A stretch of DNA of 63,818 bases, the filler included, from Acidimicrobiia bacterium (GTDB lineage: Bacteria > Actinomycetota > Acidimicrobiia > Spongiisociales > JAHEDJ01): the NCBI GenBank assembly GCA_029210695.1. It is 3 parts of 3 records of this genome, joined end to end, with 100 filler letters (N's around TTAATTAATTAA, not from the genome) between each part and the next. Parts side by side here need not be neighbours in the genome. Positions count along the whole stretch, not along the records: positions 28,122 to 55,288 come from JARGFH010000051.1; positions 55,389 to 63,818 come from JARGFH010000093.1; 1 more part is not named here. One strand, 5' to 3'. Position numbers and translations under genes: made by a program. Position 1 is the stretch's first letter; every line of letters starts with the position of its first letter. The notes under the pieces are model-generated. The model did not search any database. It was not told the origin of the DNA and saw only the letters and a list, made by a program, of their open reading frames with translations. This document shows, piece by piece, positions 48,803-60,513 of this stretch.

Positions 48803-49201
48803 CTATTCCTGTTTCCCACGAACGTCTGGTAGGGACTTTCGGTGTAGAACGATCTCGGATCGGTAGCTGCGGTGCACCTGGCGGATCTGGTACTCGGCGT
48901 TCTCGTGGGCTTCACGCACCCGATCCTGGAGTTGATCCACCTTGGAACGCAGGTTCATGAGGAGGTTCTCCAGTTCGAGGACCCGCTTGACACCTTCCAG
49001 ATTTAGCCCCTCGTCTGTGAGCGCCTGGATGAGTGAGAGCCGTTCGAGGTCGGCGTTGGAATAGCGGCGGGTGCCGCCCGGGGTCCGGTACGGTTCGATG
49101 AGTCCGCGTCGCTCGTAGATACGCAGCGTCTGCGGGTGCACACCGGCGAGCTCGGCAGCTACCGAGATCACATAGACGGCTTCTTCACGTTTGCTCGCCA
49201 T
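48803..49201 (-). CDS. hspR: MerR-family heat-shock repressor HspR
   Basis: YVISVAAELAGVHPQTLRIYER and RTPGGTRRYS; last gene of the dnaK operon. Confidence 0.93.
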   Translation of the reverse strand: MASKREEAVYVISVAAELAGVHPQTLRIYERRGLIEPYRTPGGTRRYSNADLERLSLIQALTDEGLNLEGVKRVLELENLLMNLRSKVDQLQDRVREAHENAEYQIRQVHRSYRSEIVLHRKSLPDVRGKQE

Positions 49202-49204
49202 TGC

Positions 49205-50332
49205 TTACACCTCGAGGTGGGCGCGGGGACTCTCTTGTTCGAACTCCTCGGCAAACTGCTCGAGCATTTTCTTGGCCGCTCTGGGCAACTTCTGTGGCAC
49301 GGCCACTTCCACGGTAACCAGGAGATCGCCCGCTTTGCCGCGTGCACGCGGGACGCCTCTCCCTCTGACCCGAAAAGTCTTGCCGCTGCGCGTTCCGGCC
49401 GCCACCTTGAGCTTGACCGGACCGTTCAGGGTCGGGACGTCGAGGGCGGTGCCGAGCGCCGCTTCGGTGAACGTTATAGGCACCCGCACTGTCAGGTCCT
49501 GCCCCTTGCGGTGAAAGATTGGATGCCGGGCAACGTGAACCCTGACGATTAGATCACCGGCTGGCCCACCATTGTTGCCGGGTGCGCCTTTGCCGCGCAG
49601 CCGGATGGCCGAACCGCCGGCGACCCCGGCAGGTATCTTGACTCTGATCGTCCGGGATCGGACCTCAGAGCCACGGCCGTGGCACGTCGAACAGGGCTGC
49701 TCGACGAGTTTGCCGTTGCCCCGACACTGCGGGCAGGGCTGGGAAATCGAGAAGAACCCCTGGCTCTGGGCAACCGTTCCGGCACCCCTGCAAGTCGGAC
49801 AAACCTGAACCTGAGTGCCCGGTTCTCCGCCCGAGCCGCCGCACCGGCGGCAAGCAGCCTCCCCTTCAACGGCCACCGAGGTGGTGACTCCGTGGAAGGC
49901 GTCCTCGAAGGACAGGTGGAGTTCGGCATGGTGGTCGGCGCCACGGCGCGGACCGGTTCGGCCGCTCCCGCTGCTGAAACCGAACAGGTCACCCAATCCG
50001 CCGGCGCCGCCGAGGAGGTCCCCGAGATCCTCGACCCGCACTCGTTGTCCTCCGGCGAACGGGCCGCCGCCTCCTCCGAAACCCTGGAACCCGCCCGAAT
50101 CAACCATCCGTCTGACCTGGTCGTACTCGGTTCGATGTTCCTCGTTCGAGAGGGTCGCGTAGGCCTCCGAGATATCCTTGAACTTACTTTCGGCAGACGG
50201 GTTGTCCGGGTTGGCGTCTGGATGGTGCTTCTGGGCGAGCTTTCGATAAGCGCGTTTGATCTCGTCTTGAGGCGCGTCTTTGGCGACGCCGAGGACCTTG
50301 TAGAAGTCCTTGTCAACCCAGTCCTTATTCAT
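49205..50332 (-). CDS. dnaJ: Chaperone DnaJ
   Basis: HPD J-domain, G/F-rich region and four CxxCxGxG repeats. Confidence 0.97.
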   Translation of the reverse strand: MNKDWVDKDFYKVLGVAKDAPQDEIKRAYRKLAQKHHPDANPDNPSAESKFKDISEAYATLSNEEHRTEYDQVRRMVDSGGFQGFGGGGGPFAGGQRVRVEDLGDLLGGAGGLGDLFGFSSGSGRTGPRRGADHHAELHLSFEDAFHGVTTSVAVEGEAACRRCGGSGGEPGTQVQVCPTCRGAGTVAQSQGFFSISQPCPQCRGNGKLVEQPCSTCHGRGSEVRSRTIRVKIPAGVAGGSAIRLRGKGAPGNNGGPAGDLIVRVHVARHPIFHRKGQDLTVRVPITFTEAALGTALDVPTLNGPVKLKVAAGTRSGKTFRVRGRGVPRARGKAGDLLVTVEVAVPQKLPRAAKKMLEQFAEEFEQESPRAHLEV

Positions 50333-50912
50333 GGTTCACCGAAACGAGCGCCGCCCGGATGACCTTCCCCTTCAACGTGTAGCCCTTGCGCATCTCAGAG
50401 GCGACGACGATGGCATCGCTGCCACCGCCGGTGGCCATCATGGCCTCGTGGACCTCTGGATTGAATGGTTCGCCGGTGGTGGGAATGACCTCGAGTCCTT
50501 CTGCCTTCAACAAGTCAAGTAGCTGATCGCGGGTACTGAGCATTCCGCTGAGCAGTTTCTGCTCGGCGGGGGTCTCGGCTCCGGTCGCCAGCGCCGCATC
50601 AAACGTGTCGAGAACGGGCAACACCCGCTCGACGACGCGCTCGGCGGCCCGCTCGATGGACAGACTCAGGTCGCGCTGCGTGCGTTTGCGGTAGTTGTCG
50701 AAGTCGGCTGCCACCCGTTGGAGATCGTCGAGGTAGGCCGAAGCGTCTGCCTGTGCCTGAGCGATCGCGCTGAGAAGCACTTGCTCTCGCTCCGTGGGAT
50801 CGTTGGGAAGGATCAAACCGAGGGCCAGCGGATCGATTGGTTCACGTTCGTCGAACTCGATGATCTCGGCCTGCACCGCTTCCTGTTGTTCTTCTCGGTC
50901 GTACTCGTTCAT
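50325..50912 (-). CDS. grpE: Nucleotide exchange factor GrpE
   Basis: QRVAADFDNYRKR, LPVLD, FNPEVHEA and GYTLKGKVIRAALV. Confidence 0.94.
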   Translation of the reverse strand: MNEYDREEQQEAVQAEIIEFDEREPIDPLALGLILPNDPTEREQVLLSAIAQAQADASAYLDDLQRVAADFDNYRKRTQRDLSLSIERAAERVVERVLPVLDTFDAALATGAETPAEQKLLSGMLSTRDQLLDLLKAEGLEVIPTTGEPFNPEVHEAMMATGGGSDAIVVASEMRKGYTLKGKVIRAALVSVNHE

Positions 50913-50937
50913 GTCGTAGTCCGGATGATTCCGGGGC

Positions 50938-52785
<1,848 letters not shown>

Positions 52786-52858
52786 GGTGGTTGCTCCTTC
52801 GTTTCCGGTCGCAGACCGGTCCGTCTTTGTTAGTTCTCAGTGATTATGCACAGTATAA

Positions 52859-52879
52859 CCTGAGTCGACCCTTGTCATA
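52859..52879. promoter_or_regulatory. HspR operator (HAIR)-like site in the dnaK promoter
   Basis: CCTGAGT-N7-TGTCATA, next to minus-strand TATACT and ATGACA promoter-like hexamers. Confidence 0.55.
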
Positions 52880-52914
52880 TTTCCTCTTTCTTGTGTTTTC
52901 TCCTATAGGTAACC

Positions 52915-52964
52915 GTTTTCGCGCGGGGATCGCCCCATATAGGGTGGGATTGCCGCGCGAAAAC
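52915..52964. repeat. 50-nt palindromic element, type A copy 3 (reverse orientation)
   Basis: GTTTTCGCGCGGGGATCGCCCCATATAGGGTGGGATTGCCGCGCGAAAAC. Confidence 0.85.
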
Positions 52965-52994
52965 AAGATCTCTGCGGTGGCCGCCGGAGCGGCC

Positions 52995-53873
52995 TCACTG
53001 CACGGCGATCAACACGACGCCTGAGACGACCAGGGCGACGCTTCCCATCAGGTGCCAATCCACGTGCTCGTCTCCTTTGAGGAACAGCATTCCGAGCCCG
53101 ATTGCCCAGATCCCCTGGGTTGCCTGGAGGATGCCGACGACCCAGGCGGGGAGATAGCCGAAGGCGCTGAACTGCGAAAGGAGCGCAATGCTCGTCGTGA
53201 CGCCGGCGGCCACGAACCACCAGGGGATCGAGTGGACGTTGGCTGCCACCCGTTCGCGAATCGCCCCGCGCAACACATCGACCGACATCAGGACCGCGAA
53301 GGCGGCTGTGGCACCCAGGAATGCGCCGATGATCGAGCTATCGAATCGTTGTAGTCCCCACTTTCTGAGTACGAAGGCGGTTCCGAAAAACATTGGAGCC
53401 AGGGCCGCGATCACGTAGAACCCGACCGGCACTTTCTCGCCGGTCAGGGCTCCGGCTGCGCCGGCTCTCAATCGAACCAGCCAGAGCAGCCCACTGATGA
53501 CGAGCATGCCTCCGAACGCCTCGGTGAGGCTCAGGGACTCCGCCAGCACGATCCAACCGACGATGGCGGCCACGACGGGTGTTCCCGTGATGAAGGCACT
53601 CGCCCTCGTCGAGCCGATCAGGCGCACGGCACGGAGGTTGAACGACCTGCCCAGCACTGATCCGACGACGCCGGCTACGAGTAGCGCCGTCACCCCGGCG
53701 GCGTTCCACGGAGGACGGACGGCAAACGAGGCGACCAGGCCGAGGACGAGAACGTTGACGGCCACCGTCATCAACACTCCGTCATCGCTGGCACGGTGCC
53801 GATGACCGATCCTGACCAGCACCGATGACAGCGCAAAGAAGAAAGCCGACCCGATGCCGAAAACGAAGCCCAT
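52995..53873 (-). CDS. DMT/EamA family transporter
   Basis: About ten TM helices in two EamA-like repeats; AVRLIGSTRAS and LAESLS. Confidence 0.85.
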   Translation of the reverse strand: MGFVFGIGSAFFFALSSVLVRIGHRHRASDDGVLMTVAVNVLVLGLVASFAVRPPWNAAGVTALLVAGVVGSVLGRSFNLRAVRLIGSTRASAFITGTPVVAAIVGWIVLAESLSLTEAFGGMLVISGLLWLVRLRAGAAGALTGEKVPVGFYVIAALAPMFFGTAFVLRKWGLQRFDSSIIGAFLGATAAFAVLMSVDVLRGAIRERVAANVHSIPWWFVAAGVTTSIALLSQFSAFGYLPAWVVGILQATQGIWAIGLGMLFLKGDEHVDWHLMGSVALVVSGVVLIAVQ

Positions 53874-53892
53874 CAGGAGCTAACGAACGGGG

Positions 53893-55134
53893 TCAAGTGG
53901 CTTCCTCGGCGGCGCCAAGCAGTGTCGCTTCCTCAACGGTGAAGTTGCGCATCAACGCGTCGGCACCGATCAAGGTTCCCTCGAACGTGATCATGCTTCC
54001 CTTCTCTGGGACGACCGATCCCGGCAACTGCACGATGGCGTCCACTTCGGTCGATCCGAAGAGGTCGTGTTCGAGCGATGCCACGGTTACAACGGCCTTG
54101 ATGCCCGGACCCCGCCCGAACTCGGGATCGAAGTCGTAGCTGCGGGCCTTCTTGACGACCCCCGACCAGCGGACCCGCTTCCCGGCGTAGCCGGCTGCGA
54201 AGCGGTCCCGGATCACGAAGCTCATCTCCCGTCCGCCGAACAGGTCGGCGGTGGCCGCGGCTGCTTCGATGCCGGATGTATCGACGGCGCTCTGTTCCGA
54301 TGGTCGCGCCGGTTGCGCCGCCAGGGCACCTTTCCACCGGAGAACCTCCGGATCCGCAGGCGCCAGGTTTTCGAGTTCCCTAACCCTTTCTTCGAGTTCG
54401 GCCACGTTGCCGGCGGCTGCCAGTGTGTCGAGTTCGGTTAGCCGTCGCTCCACGTCGTCCGGCTGAGATTCAACGGCTGCTCTCATTCTGCCGAGTGCTT
54501 CCCCGAGGTCGCCCGACTCACGAGCCAGGACTGCCTCATCCAGGTCACCGGCATTTCCGCTCAGGCTTTGCCCCACTCCGGCGAGGCGCCGCACTGATGA
54601 GATGAGCACCTCCGAATCACGGATGATCCGGCGAACGTCAACCCGGACGCCGGTGTTCCTCACCTCGAGAATTGGATAGGTCGCCAGCAACCGGTGAAGC
54701 GTCATCCGCCTCTGCCCCGTGAGGTAGGCGGACATTCGATCACGATCGTTGGTCTTGACCACGAAGGCGTCATCGAATGACGGGTCACCTATCTCGACGT
54801 CCTGCATGCCGACCATCCGGCGGAAGAAACCACCGACCTTGGTTTGGCGGGAGAGCTCGAACTCGAAGCCGATCGACGGGTACTCCACCTGAAATCGCGT
54901 GTATCGCTGCTGGTTGTTGCCGCTTCCTTTGGTGATCGTGTGCACAGATACCACTAGACCGGAGATCAAGCCATCCATGCGTGGAGAAGAGAACATGCCT
55001 CCAGGGTTCAGATCGAGGCCGAGCTGGGTTGCGGCCTCCGTCCACTGTGCGATCGTTTGCCGATGATTGAGCATCGCCAGCGATACAACCGCCACTGCGG
55101 TCAGGGCTACGAGTACGAAGATCACGCTTGGCAT
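53893..55134 (-). CDS. Hypothetical membrane-anchored protein
   Basis: N-terminal TM helix, QDVEIGDPSFDDAFVV, TPR-like middle and OB-like YAGKRVRWSGVV C-terminus. Confidence 0.7.
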   Translation of the reverse strand: MPSVIFVLVALTAVAVVSLAMLNHRQTIAQWTEAATQLGLDLNPGGMFSSPRMDGLISGLVVSVHTITKGSGNNQQRYTRFQVEYPSIGFEFELSRQTKVGGFFRRMVGMQDVEIGDPSFDDAFVVKTNDRDRMSAYLTGQRRMTLHRLLATYPILEVRNTGVRVDVRRIIRDSEVLISSVRRLAGVGQSLSGNAGDLDEAVLARESGDLGEALGRMRAAVESQPDDVERRLTELDTLAAAGNVAELEERVRELENLAPADPEVLRWKGALAAQPARPSEQSAVDTSGIEAAAATADLFGGREMSFVIRDRFAAGYAGKRVRWSGVVKKARSYDFDPEFGRGPGIKAVVTVASLEHDLFGSTEVDAIVQLPGSVVPEKGSMITFEGTLIGADALMRNFTVEEATLLGAAEEAT

Positions 55135-55288
55135 CAGTCAGCGAGTCTAAGGCCAAATGAGGTCGTCCCCCTCGCCCATACGGGACCGGGGGAGAGGCCG
55201 GGTCTTGGCGGTCTAGGTGGCTGCCGAAAAAGTGGCTTTCGGTGAGGTTGGTTGGCGGCGGGCCAGTCGTGGGTGATGCCGGAGACCA

Positions 55289-55388
55289 NNNNNNNNNNNN
55301 NNNNNNNNNNNNNNNNNNNNNNNNNNNNNNNNTTAATTAATTAANNNNNNNNNNNNNNNNNNNNNNNNNNNNNNNNNNNNNNNNNNNN
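55289..55388. other. Artificial contig junction
   Basis: N44-TTAATTAATTAA-N44 spacer. Confidence 0.98.
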
Positions 55389-55466
55389 CGCCTGCAGTTT
55401 CTTTGACATAACTCCATCCTCGCTTCCAAGGTAAAGAGTCTCCAAGAATCCCAGGGCGATACAAAG

Positions 55467-56081
55467 GCTCTCGGCGGTTTTGTACGCGGTCAGCTACTCG
55501 TCGCCCTCATCGTTGGGGTTCTCACCAGTTTCGCCCTCTGGATCATCGGCTTGCCCCTTTGGCTCATCGTCGGGGCGATCACCGGCCTGCTCAATCTGGT
55601 GCCATTCGTCGGCCCGACCTCCGGTGGGATCCTGGCGGTGGCCGTTTCGTTAGCTCTCGGAGACTGGCGGATGGCATTCTGGGCCGCCGTCGCAATGATC
55701 ATCGTGCAACAGATCGACAACCATTTCATCAGCCCGATCATTCTGCGCGCCACGGTGAAGCTCCACCCGGCGCTGATCATTCTGGCGCTGCTCGTTGGTG
55801 GTTCGGTGGCGGGTCTGATCGGGGTGCTGGTAGCGGTCCCGACGGTCGCCCTGATCAAAATCATTGTCGCTCACCTGTGGCGGACACGGGTGCTCGGCCA
55901 GTCATGGGACGAAGCAACGGAAGCGGTCATTCAGGAGTACGAGCCGCCTTCGGCCGAGAAACTGCTGGGGCGGCTGCAGCGGATTCGCGACATGCAGGTG
56001 TCGCGGGGCGATGTGTCTCACCAATCCCACGGCGTGCCGGATGATCGCAACGACAAAACGAGTTCGGAGGAGTCCGGGTAG
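55467..56081 (+). CDS. AI-2E family transporter, 5'-truncated
   Basis: ALGGFVRGQLLVA, LNLVPFVGP, QQIDNHFISP, LHPALI and GVLVAVP. Confidence 0.85.
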   Translation, partial: ALGGFVRGQLLVALIVGVLTSFALWIIGLPLWLIVGAITGLLNLVPFVGPTSGGILAVAVSLALGDWRMAFWAAVAMIIVQQIDNHFISPIILRATVKLHPALIILALLVGGSVAGLIGVLVAVPTVALIKIIVAHLWRTRVLGQSWDEATEAVIQEYEPPSAEKLLGRLQRIRDMQVSRGDVSHQSHGVPDDRNDKTSSEESG

Positions 56082-56150
56082 ATACCGTCCGTACCCCCGT
56101 CTCGTCTCAGTCGAGCCGGAAGGGATACTTGTGACCCGCTGGAGGTCGGC

Positions 56151-56873
56151 CTACTCCATCTCCCCAAGATATGCGTCTGACAACTGAGGGTGCTCGAGCA
56201 GGTTGGCCGCCGTATCAGAGAGCACGATGGATCCCGTCTGGAGAACGTATCCGCGGTCGGCGATCGAGAGGGCCATGTGGGCATTCTGTTCGACGACAAA
56301 GATCGTCGTACCCTGGGAGTTGATCTCCTCGATCGTCTCGAACACCTGCTCCACGAGGATCGGTGCCAGACCCATCGACGGCTCATCGAGTAGGAGGACC
56401 TTTGGCCTGGCGGTCAACGCCCGGCCGATCGCCAGCATCTGCTGTTCGCCTCCCGACAATGTTCCTGCCCGCTGACGGATGCGTTCTTTGAGGCGGGGGA
56501 ATAGCCGGAACACCCGCTCGATGTCCTCCTGGATCTCCTTCTTGTTGTCCCGCAGATTCGCCCCGATCTCGAGGTTCTCCCTCACGGTCATCTTGCCGAA
56601 CAAGCGGCGATTCTCCGGTACCATCGTCAACCCGCGGCTGACGATTTCCGGAGTGGTCAGGTGTTCGATCCGTTCGCCGTCGAAGATGATCTCACCCGCA
56701 TTCGCTCGAGTCATACCGAGAATCGTTCGAAGAGTGGTCGACTTCCCGGCCGCGTTGGAGCCGAGCAGGCATACGATCTCGTTCTCGTTCACGTCGATCG
56801 AGATGTCTTCGAGGGCGCGCACCGGCCCGTAGGAGGCGCTGACGTGACGGAGGCTGAGAATGGCTTCGCTCAT
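56151..56873 (-). CDS. livF: Branched-chain amino acid ABC transporter ATPase
   Basis: GSNAAGKST, LSGGEQQMLA, LLDEPSMGLAP and VEQNA. Confidence 0.95.
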   Translation of the reverse strand: MSEAILSLRHVSASYGPVRALEDISIDVNENEIVCLLGSNAAGKSTTLRTILGMTRANAGEIIFDGERIEHLTTPEIVSRGLTMVPENRRLFGKMTVRENLEIGANLRDNKKEIQEDIERVFRLFPRLKERIRQRAGTLSGGEQQMLAIGRALTARPKVLLLDEPSMGLAPILVEQVFETIEEINSQGTTIFVVEQNAHMALSIADRGYVLQTGSIVLSDTAANLLEHPQLSDAYLGEME

Positions 56874-57658
56874 GCCTGCTCCTCCGATCCGGCCTTCCCG
56901 AGGTATGCCTCGATGACCTGTTGGTTGGCGGCGACCTCTTCGTAGGTGCCGTCTGCGATCTTTTTGCCGTAGTCCAGTGCAACTACTCGATCGGAGACAC
57001 CCTTGATCACCGGCATGTCATGTTCGATGAGGACGATTGCATATCCCTTGACATCCCGCAGGCGCCCGATCAACTCGATCAGCCCTTCCTTCTCTGCCGG
57101 GTTCATTCCGGCGGCCGGTTCGTCGAGGAGGAGAAGCTGCGGCTCTGTTGCCATCGCCCTGGCGATCTCGAGGCGGCGGCGATCCGCATAGGCGAGTTCA
57201 GAAGCGAGCGAGTTGATTCGGGGCGTCAACCGGTCGCCGAAGAAAGCGAGGCTGTCGATCGCCGACGAGTGCACTTTCTGCTCTTCTTTCGCCGTACGCT
57301 TGGTATTCAATAAGGCTCCGTAAACGCCGGCCTTCGTGCGGGTGTGCTGGCCGACCATGGCATTCTCGAGGACGGTCATCGCCCCGAACAGGCGCACCGA
57401 TTGAAACGTACGCGACACCCCCACCCTGGTTATCTGATTGGGCTTGAGACCTACCAGGTTGTGTCCGTCGAAATGAATCTTGCCGGCATCCGGCGCGTAG
57501 AAGCCGGTGACGATGTTGAACAGCGTAGTTTTGCCGGCACCGTTGGGGCCGATGACCCCAACGATCTCGCCGGGATCTGCCCAGAAGTCGACGCTGTCGA
57601 CCGCTTGCACGCCGCCGAATCGTTTTGAAACGCCCTCGAGTTCCAGAAGGTGGCTCAT
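56870..57658 (-). CDS. livG: Branched-chain amino acid ABC transporter ATPase
   Basis: GPNGAGKTT, RTFQ, LLDEPAAGMN, IEHDM and VIEAYLG. Confidence 0.95.
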   Translation of the reverse strand: MSHLLELEGVSKRFGGVQAVDSVDFWADPGEIVGVIGPNGAGKTTLFNIVTGFYAPDAGKIHFDGHNLVGLKPNQITRVGVSRTFQSVRLFGAMTVLENAMVGQHTRTKAGVYGALLNTKRTAKEEQKVHSSAIDSLAFFGDRLTPRINSLASELAYADRRRLEIARAMATEPQLLLLDEPAAGMNPAEKEGLIELIGRLRDVKGYAIVLIEHDMPVIKGVSDRVVALDYGKKIADGTYEEVAANQQVIEAYLGKAGSEEQA

Positions 57659-59361
57659 GCGGGTGACCCTCCTCCCGGGAGCTTGACCGGTGGTGCGGGA
57701 CCCGCTCCTTCGTGGAGCTCGCGCTGCCGGCGCTTGTTGGGCAGCAGACCCTCCGGCCGGAAGATCATGATTGCAACGAGGATCGCACCGTAGATCAGCA
57801 GCCGGAACTCGCCGAACTCACGGAGCAACTCCGGCAAGCCGACCAGGGCGGCTGCTCCGACGATGACGCCCGGAATCGACCCGATGCCACCCAGAATGAT
57901 CACGGCGAGCACGTTGATCGAGACCTGGAGCCCGAAGCTGTTGGGGAAGATCGATCCGATCTTGGCGGCGAAGAACACTCCGCCGAGGCTGCCGACCCCG
58001 GCACCCATTGCGAAGGCCAGTAGCTTGTAACGGACCACGCTGATGCCCATGGCCTCGGCAACGTCCTCATCTTCCCGCATGGCCGCCCAGGCCCGCCCGA
58101 CGCGTGAGTCGACGAGCCGGGATGAGATGTAGGCGGCGACGAAACAGAAGGCGAGGATCACGTAGTAGATGTGTTGCGGGTTGCGAAGATCGAACGATGC
58201 GGGCGGTGCAGGTGGAATCCTCGTCAGCCCCTGCGCTCCACCGAGGAAGGGTGACAGCCAGTCGGACAGCACCAGCGTGCGAATGATCTCACCGAATCCA
58301 AGGGTCACAATTGCCAGGTAGTCGCCGCGCAAGCGCAGGACGGGTGCTCCGATCATGGCCCCGATGACGACGGCGATGATGACGACAAACGGAAGCGCGA
58401 ACCAGATGTTCGTGAACCCGGCCGCGGCGAACGTCTCCCCTTCCTCCGTCACCAGGAACGAGGCGGGGGAGGTGAAGATGGCAGCTGCATAGGCTCCGAC
58501 GGCGAAGAACGCCACATAACCCAGATCGAGTAGGCCGGCATAGCCGACGACGATGTTGAGGCCGAGGCCCAGCAAGACGTAGAGCCCGACGGTGCCGAGC
58601 ACGTCACTCACGAACGGTCCGACCACCCAGGGCAAGGCGATCAGAGCGAGGATGGAGGCGATCAGGGATGCGCGACCCCAGGTGCGCCGGGTGCCCTCCG
58701 GCATGTGGGCAGCGATCTCCTGCCGCTTCTCTTTGCGTCCCGTCAGCCACCAGCGCATGCCGAACCCGGCCAGCACCGTGATGATGGTCCCGGCGACGGT
58801 GAGGCCACCGAGTTCGTAGAGCCAGTTGGTTGGTATGCCGAGGTTTCCGAGCGTTACCCGCAGAATTGGCTCGCCGAGACTCACGAGCAACATCATGCTG
58901 ACCGCGAATATGGCGGAGGAGCGGAGGTGCTCGTCCTTGAGTCCGACGAGGCCACCGGCGACTAGGCCGGTGGCTCCACCGGCCAGCGCCATGACGATGG
59001 CGCCGAGCGCCGGGTTGAGGCCGAATTCGAGCGTTTCGAGCAGCCCGGGGGTGATGCTGACGAACATGCCCCGCACGTCGACGCCGGCGTTGATGAGACC
59101 TTCGAAGCCCAGCGTGATGAGCGCAACCAGGCCGCCGGCTACGAGTCCGACCAGGGCTCCGGTCGGCAGTGGGGTCTTGCCCTTCCGGGCGGCCGTGTAG
59201 GCGGCGATGGCAAATGTGAGCAGGATCAGCACAACACCGAGTCCGACGACTCCGGTGATGATGTTGCGGTCCTGAAAACGCTCGACCATGCCGATTGCCG
59301 CCAGATAGATGACGACCGTTCCGCCGATGAGGCCGGGCTTGAGAGCCGAGGGCGGATTCAT
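57655..59361 (-). CDS. livM: Branched-chain amino acid ABC permease with extended N-terminus
   Basis: GLNIVVGYAGLLDLGYVAFFAVGAY and LRLRGDYLAIVTLGFGEI. Confidence 0.92.
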   Translation of the reverse strand: MNPPSALKPGLIGGTVVIYLAAIGMVERFQDRNIITGVVGLGVVLILLTFAIAAYTAARKGKTPLPTGALVGLVAGGLVALITLGFEGLINAGVDVRGMFVSITPGLLETLEFGLNPALGAIVMALAGGATGLVAGGLVGLKDEHLRSSAIFAVSMMLLVSLGEPILRVTLGNLGIPTNWLYELGGLTVAGTIITVLAGFGMRWWLTGRKEKRQEIAAHMPEGTRRTWGRASLIASILALIALPWVVGPFVSDVLGTVGLYVLLGLGLNIVVGYAGLLDLGYVAFFAVGAYAAAIFTSPASFLVTEEGETFAAAGFTNIWFALPFVVIIAVVIGAMIGAPVLRLRGDYLAIVTLGFGEIIRTLVLSDWLSPFLGGAQGLTRIPPAPPASFDLRNPQHIYYVILAFCFVAAYISSRLVDSRVGRAWAAMREDEDVAEAMGISVVRYKLLAFAMGAGVGSLGGVFFAAKIGSIFPNSFGLQVSINVLAVIILGGIGSIPGVIVGAAALVGLPELLREFGEFRLLIYGAILVAIMIFRPEGLLPNKRRQRELHEGAGPAPPVKLPGGGSPA

Positions 59362-60452
59362 GCCCGCTTCTCCTCAGATGCACCGACGAATCCGCCGGGA
59401 AGGAAGATCAAGACGAGCACGAGGATGCCGAACGCAATCACCGGTTGCAGCTGATTCGGAGAGGGGACATTGGCACCGGTCAGGAAGAGGTTGGGTCCGA
59501 CCGCTTCGAGGATCCCGAGCAGCAGTCCGCCGAGTGCTGCTCCGGTGATGCTGCCGATTCCGCCGAGCACGGCGGCGGTGAAGGCCTTGATGCCGGGCAG
59601 GAAGCCCATGGTGAAGATCACCTGGTTGAAGAGAAATACGTAGAGAATGCCGGCGGCGCCGGCCAGTGCGCCGCCGATGGCGAAGGTGGCGACGATCGTC
59701 CGGTCGACGTTGATGCCCATCAGCGAGGCGATCTCACGGTCTTCGCCGACCGCCCGCATCGAGCGGCCGGTTCTGGTGCGAGCCACGAAGAGGTAGAGGA
59801 GGACCCAGAGGAGCATCGCCGCCACGATGACGATGGCCTGCGTCTTGAGCATCTCGATGCCGAAGATGGTCCACTTGCCCTGGAGGATCTCGATATTGGG
59901 GTACGCCCGGACGTTGGCGCCGTACAGGCCACGGAAGGTGTACTGAAGAAAGAACGAGGCGCCGATGGCCGTGATCAGGGGTACAAGCCGGGGGGCGCCA
60001 CGGAGTGGCCGGTAGGCGAGTCGCTCGAGGATGACCGCGACGAACACGGATACGGCCATCGAGACCAGCAACAGGATGGCGATGGCGATGAGCGGGTTGC
60101 TGTTCAGGAAGCCATTGCCGGCAAAGGCGACGGCAACGAAGTAGGCGGTGTAGACACCCGACATGAAGACCTCGCCGTGAGCGAAGTTGATCATGAAGAG
60201 GATGCCGTAGACGAGTGTGTAGCCGATGGCGATGAGGGCGTAGACACTGCCCCGCGCCAGACCGTTGATCAAGAGCGACTGCCAGTCCTCCGCGGTGAAG
60301 ACCCCGGCTCGCAACGTGGCGGTGCTGCCCGCCACCACTCCGTAGATGATCGACAGGCTGAGCACGATCAGGATGATGCGGCGCATCGGGATGCGTTCGA
60401 ATCTGAGTCGGCGGCTCGACTGTTCGGTGGGGGTGGGGTCGGGGCTGGTCAT
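59358..60452 (-). CDS. livH: Branched-chain amino acid ABC permease
   Basis: GSVYALIAIGYTLVYG..INFAHGE and KAFTAAVLGGIG. Confidence 0.95.
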   Translation of the reverse strand: MTSPDPTPTEQSSRRLRFERIPMRRIILIVLSLSIIYGVVAGSTATLRAGVFTAEDWQSLLINGLARGSVYALIAIGYTLVYGILFMINFAHGEVFMSGVYTAYFVAVAFAGNGFLNSNPLIAIAILLLVSMAVSVFVAVILERLAYRPLRGAPRLVPLITAIGASFFLQYTFRGLYGANVRAYPNIEILQGKWTIFGIEMLKTQAIVIVAAMLLWVLLYLFVARTRTGRSMRAVGEDREIASLMGINVDRTIVATFAIGGALAGAAGILYVFLFNQVIFTMGFLPGIKAFTAAVLGGIGSITGAALGGLLLGILEAVGPNLFLTGANVPSPNQLQPVIAFGILVLVLIFLPGGFVGASEEKRA

Positions 60453-60470
60453 GGGGGTCGGTGTGTGAGG

Positions 60471-60500
60471 AGGGGGGGAAGCTCCCGAGCTTCCCCCCCT
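60471..60500. terminator. Hairpin downstream of the substrate-binding protein gene
   Basis: AGGGGGGGAAGCTC-CC-GAGCTTCCCCCCCT. Confidence 0.7.
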
Positions 60501-60513
60501 GGATCACATCGTC

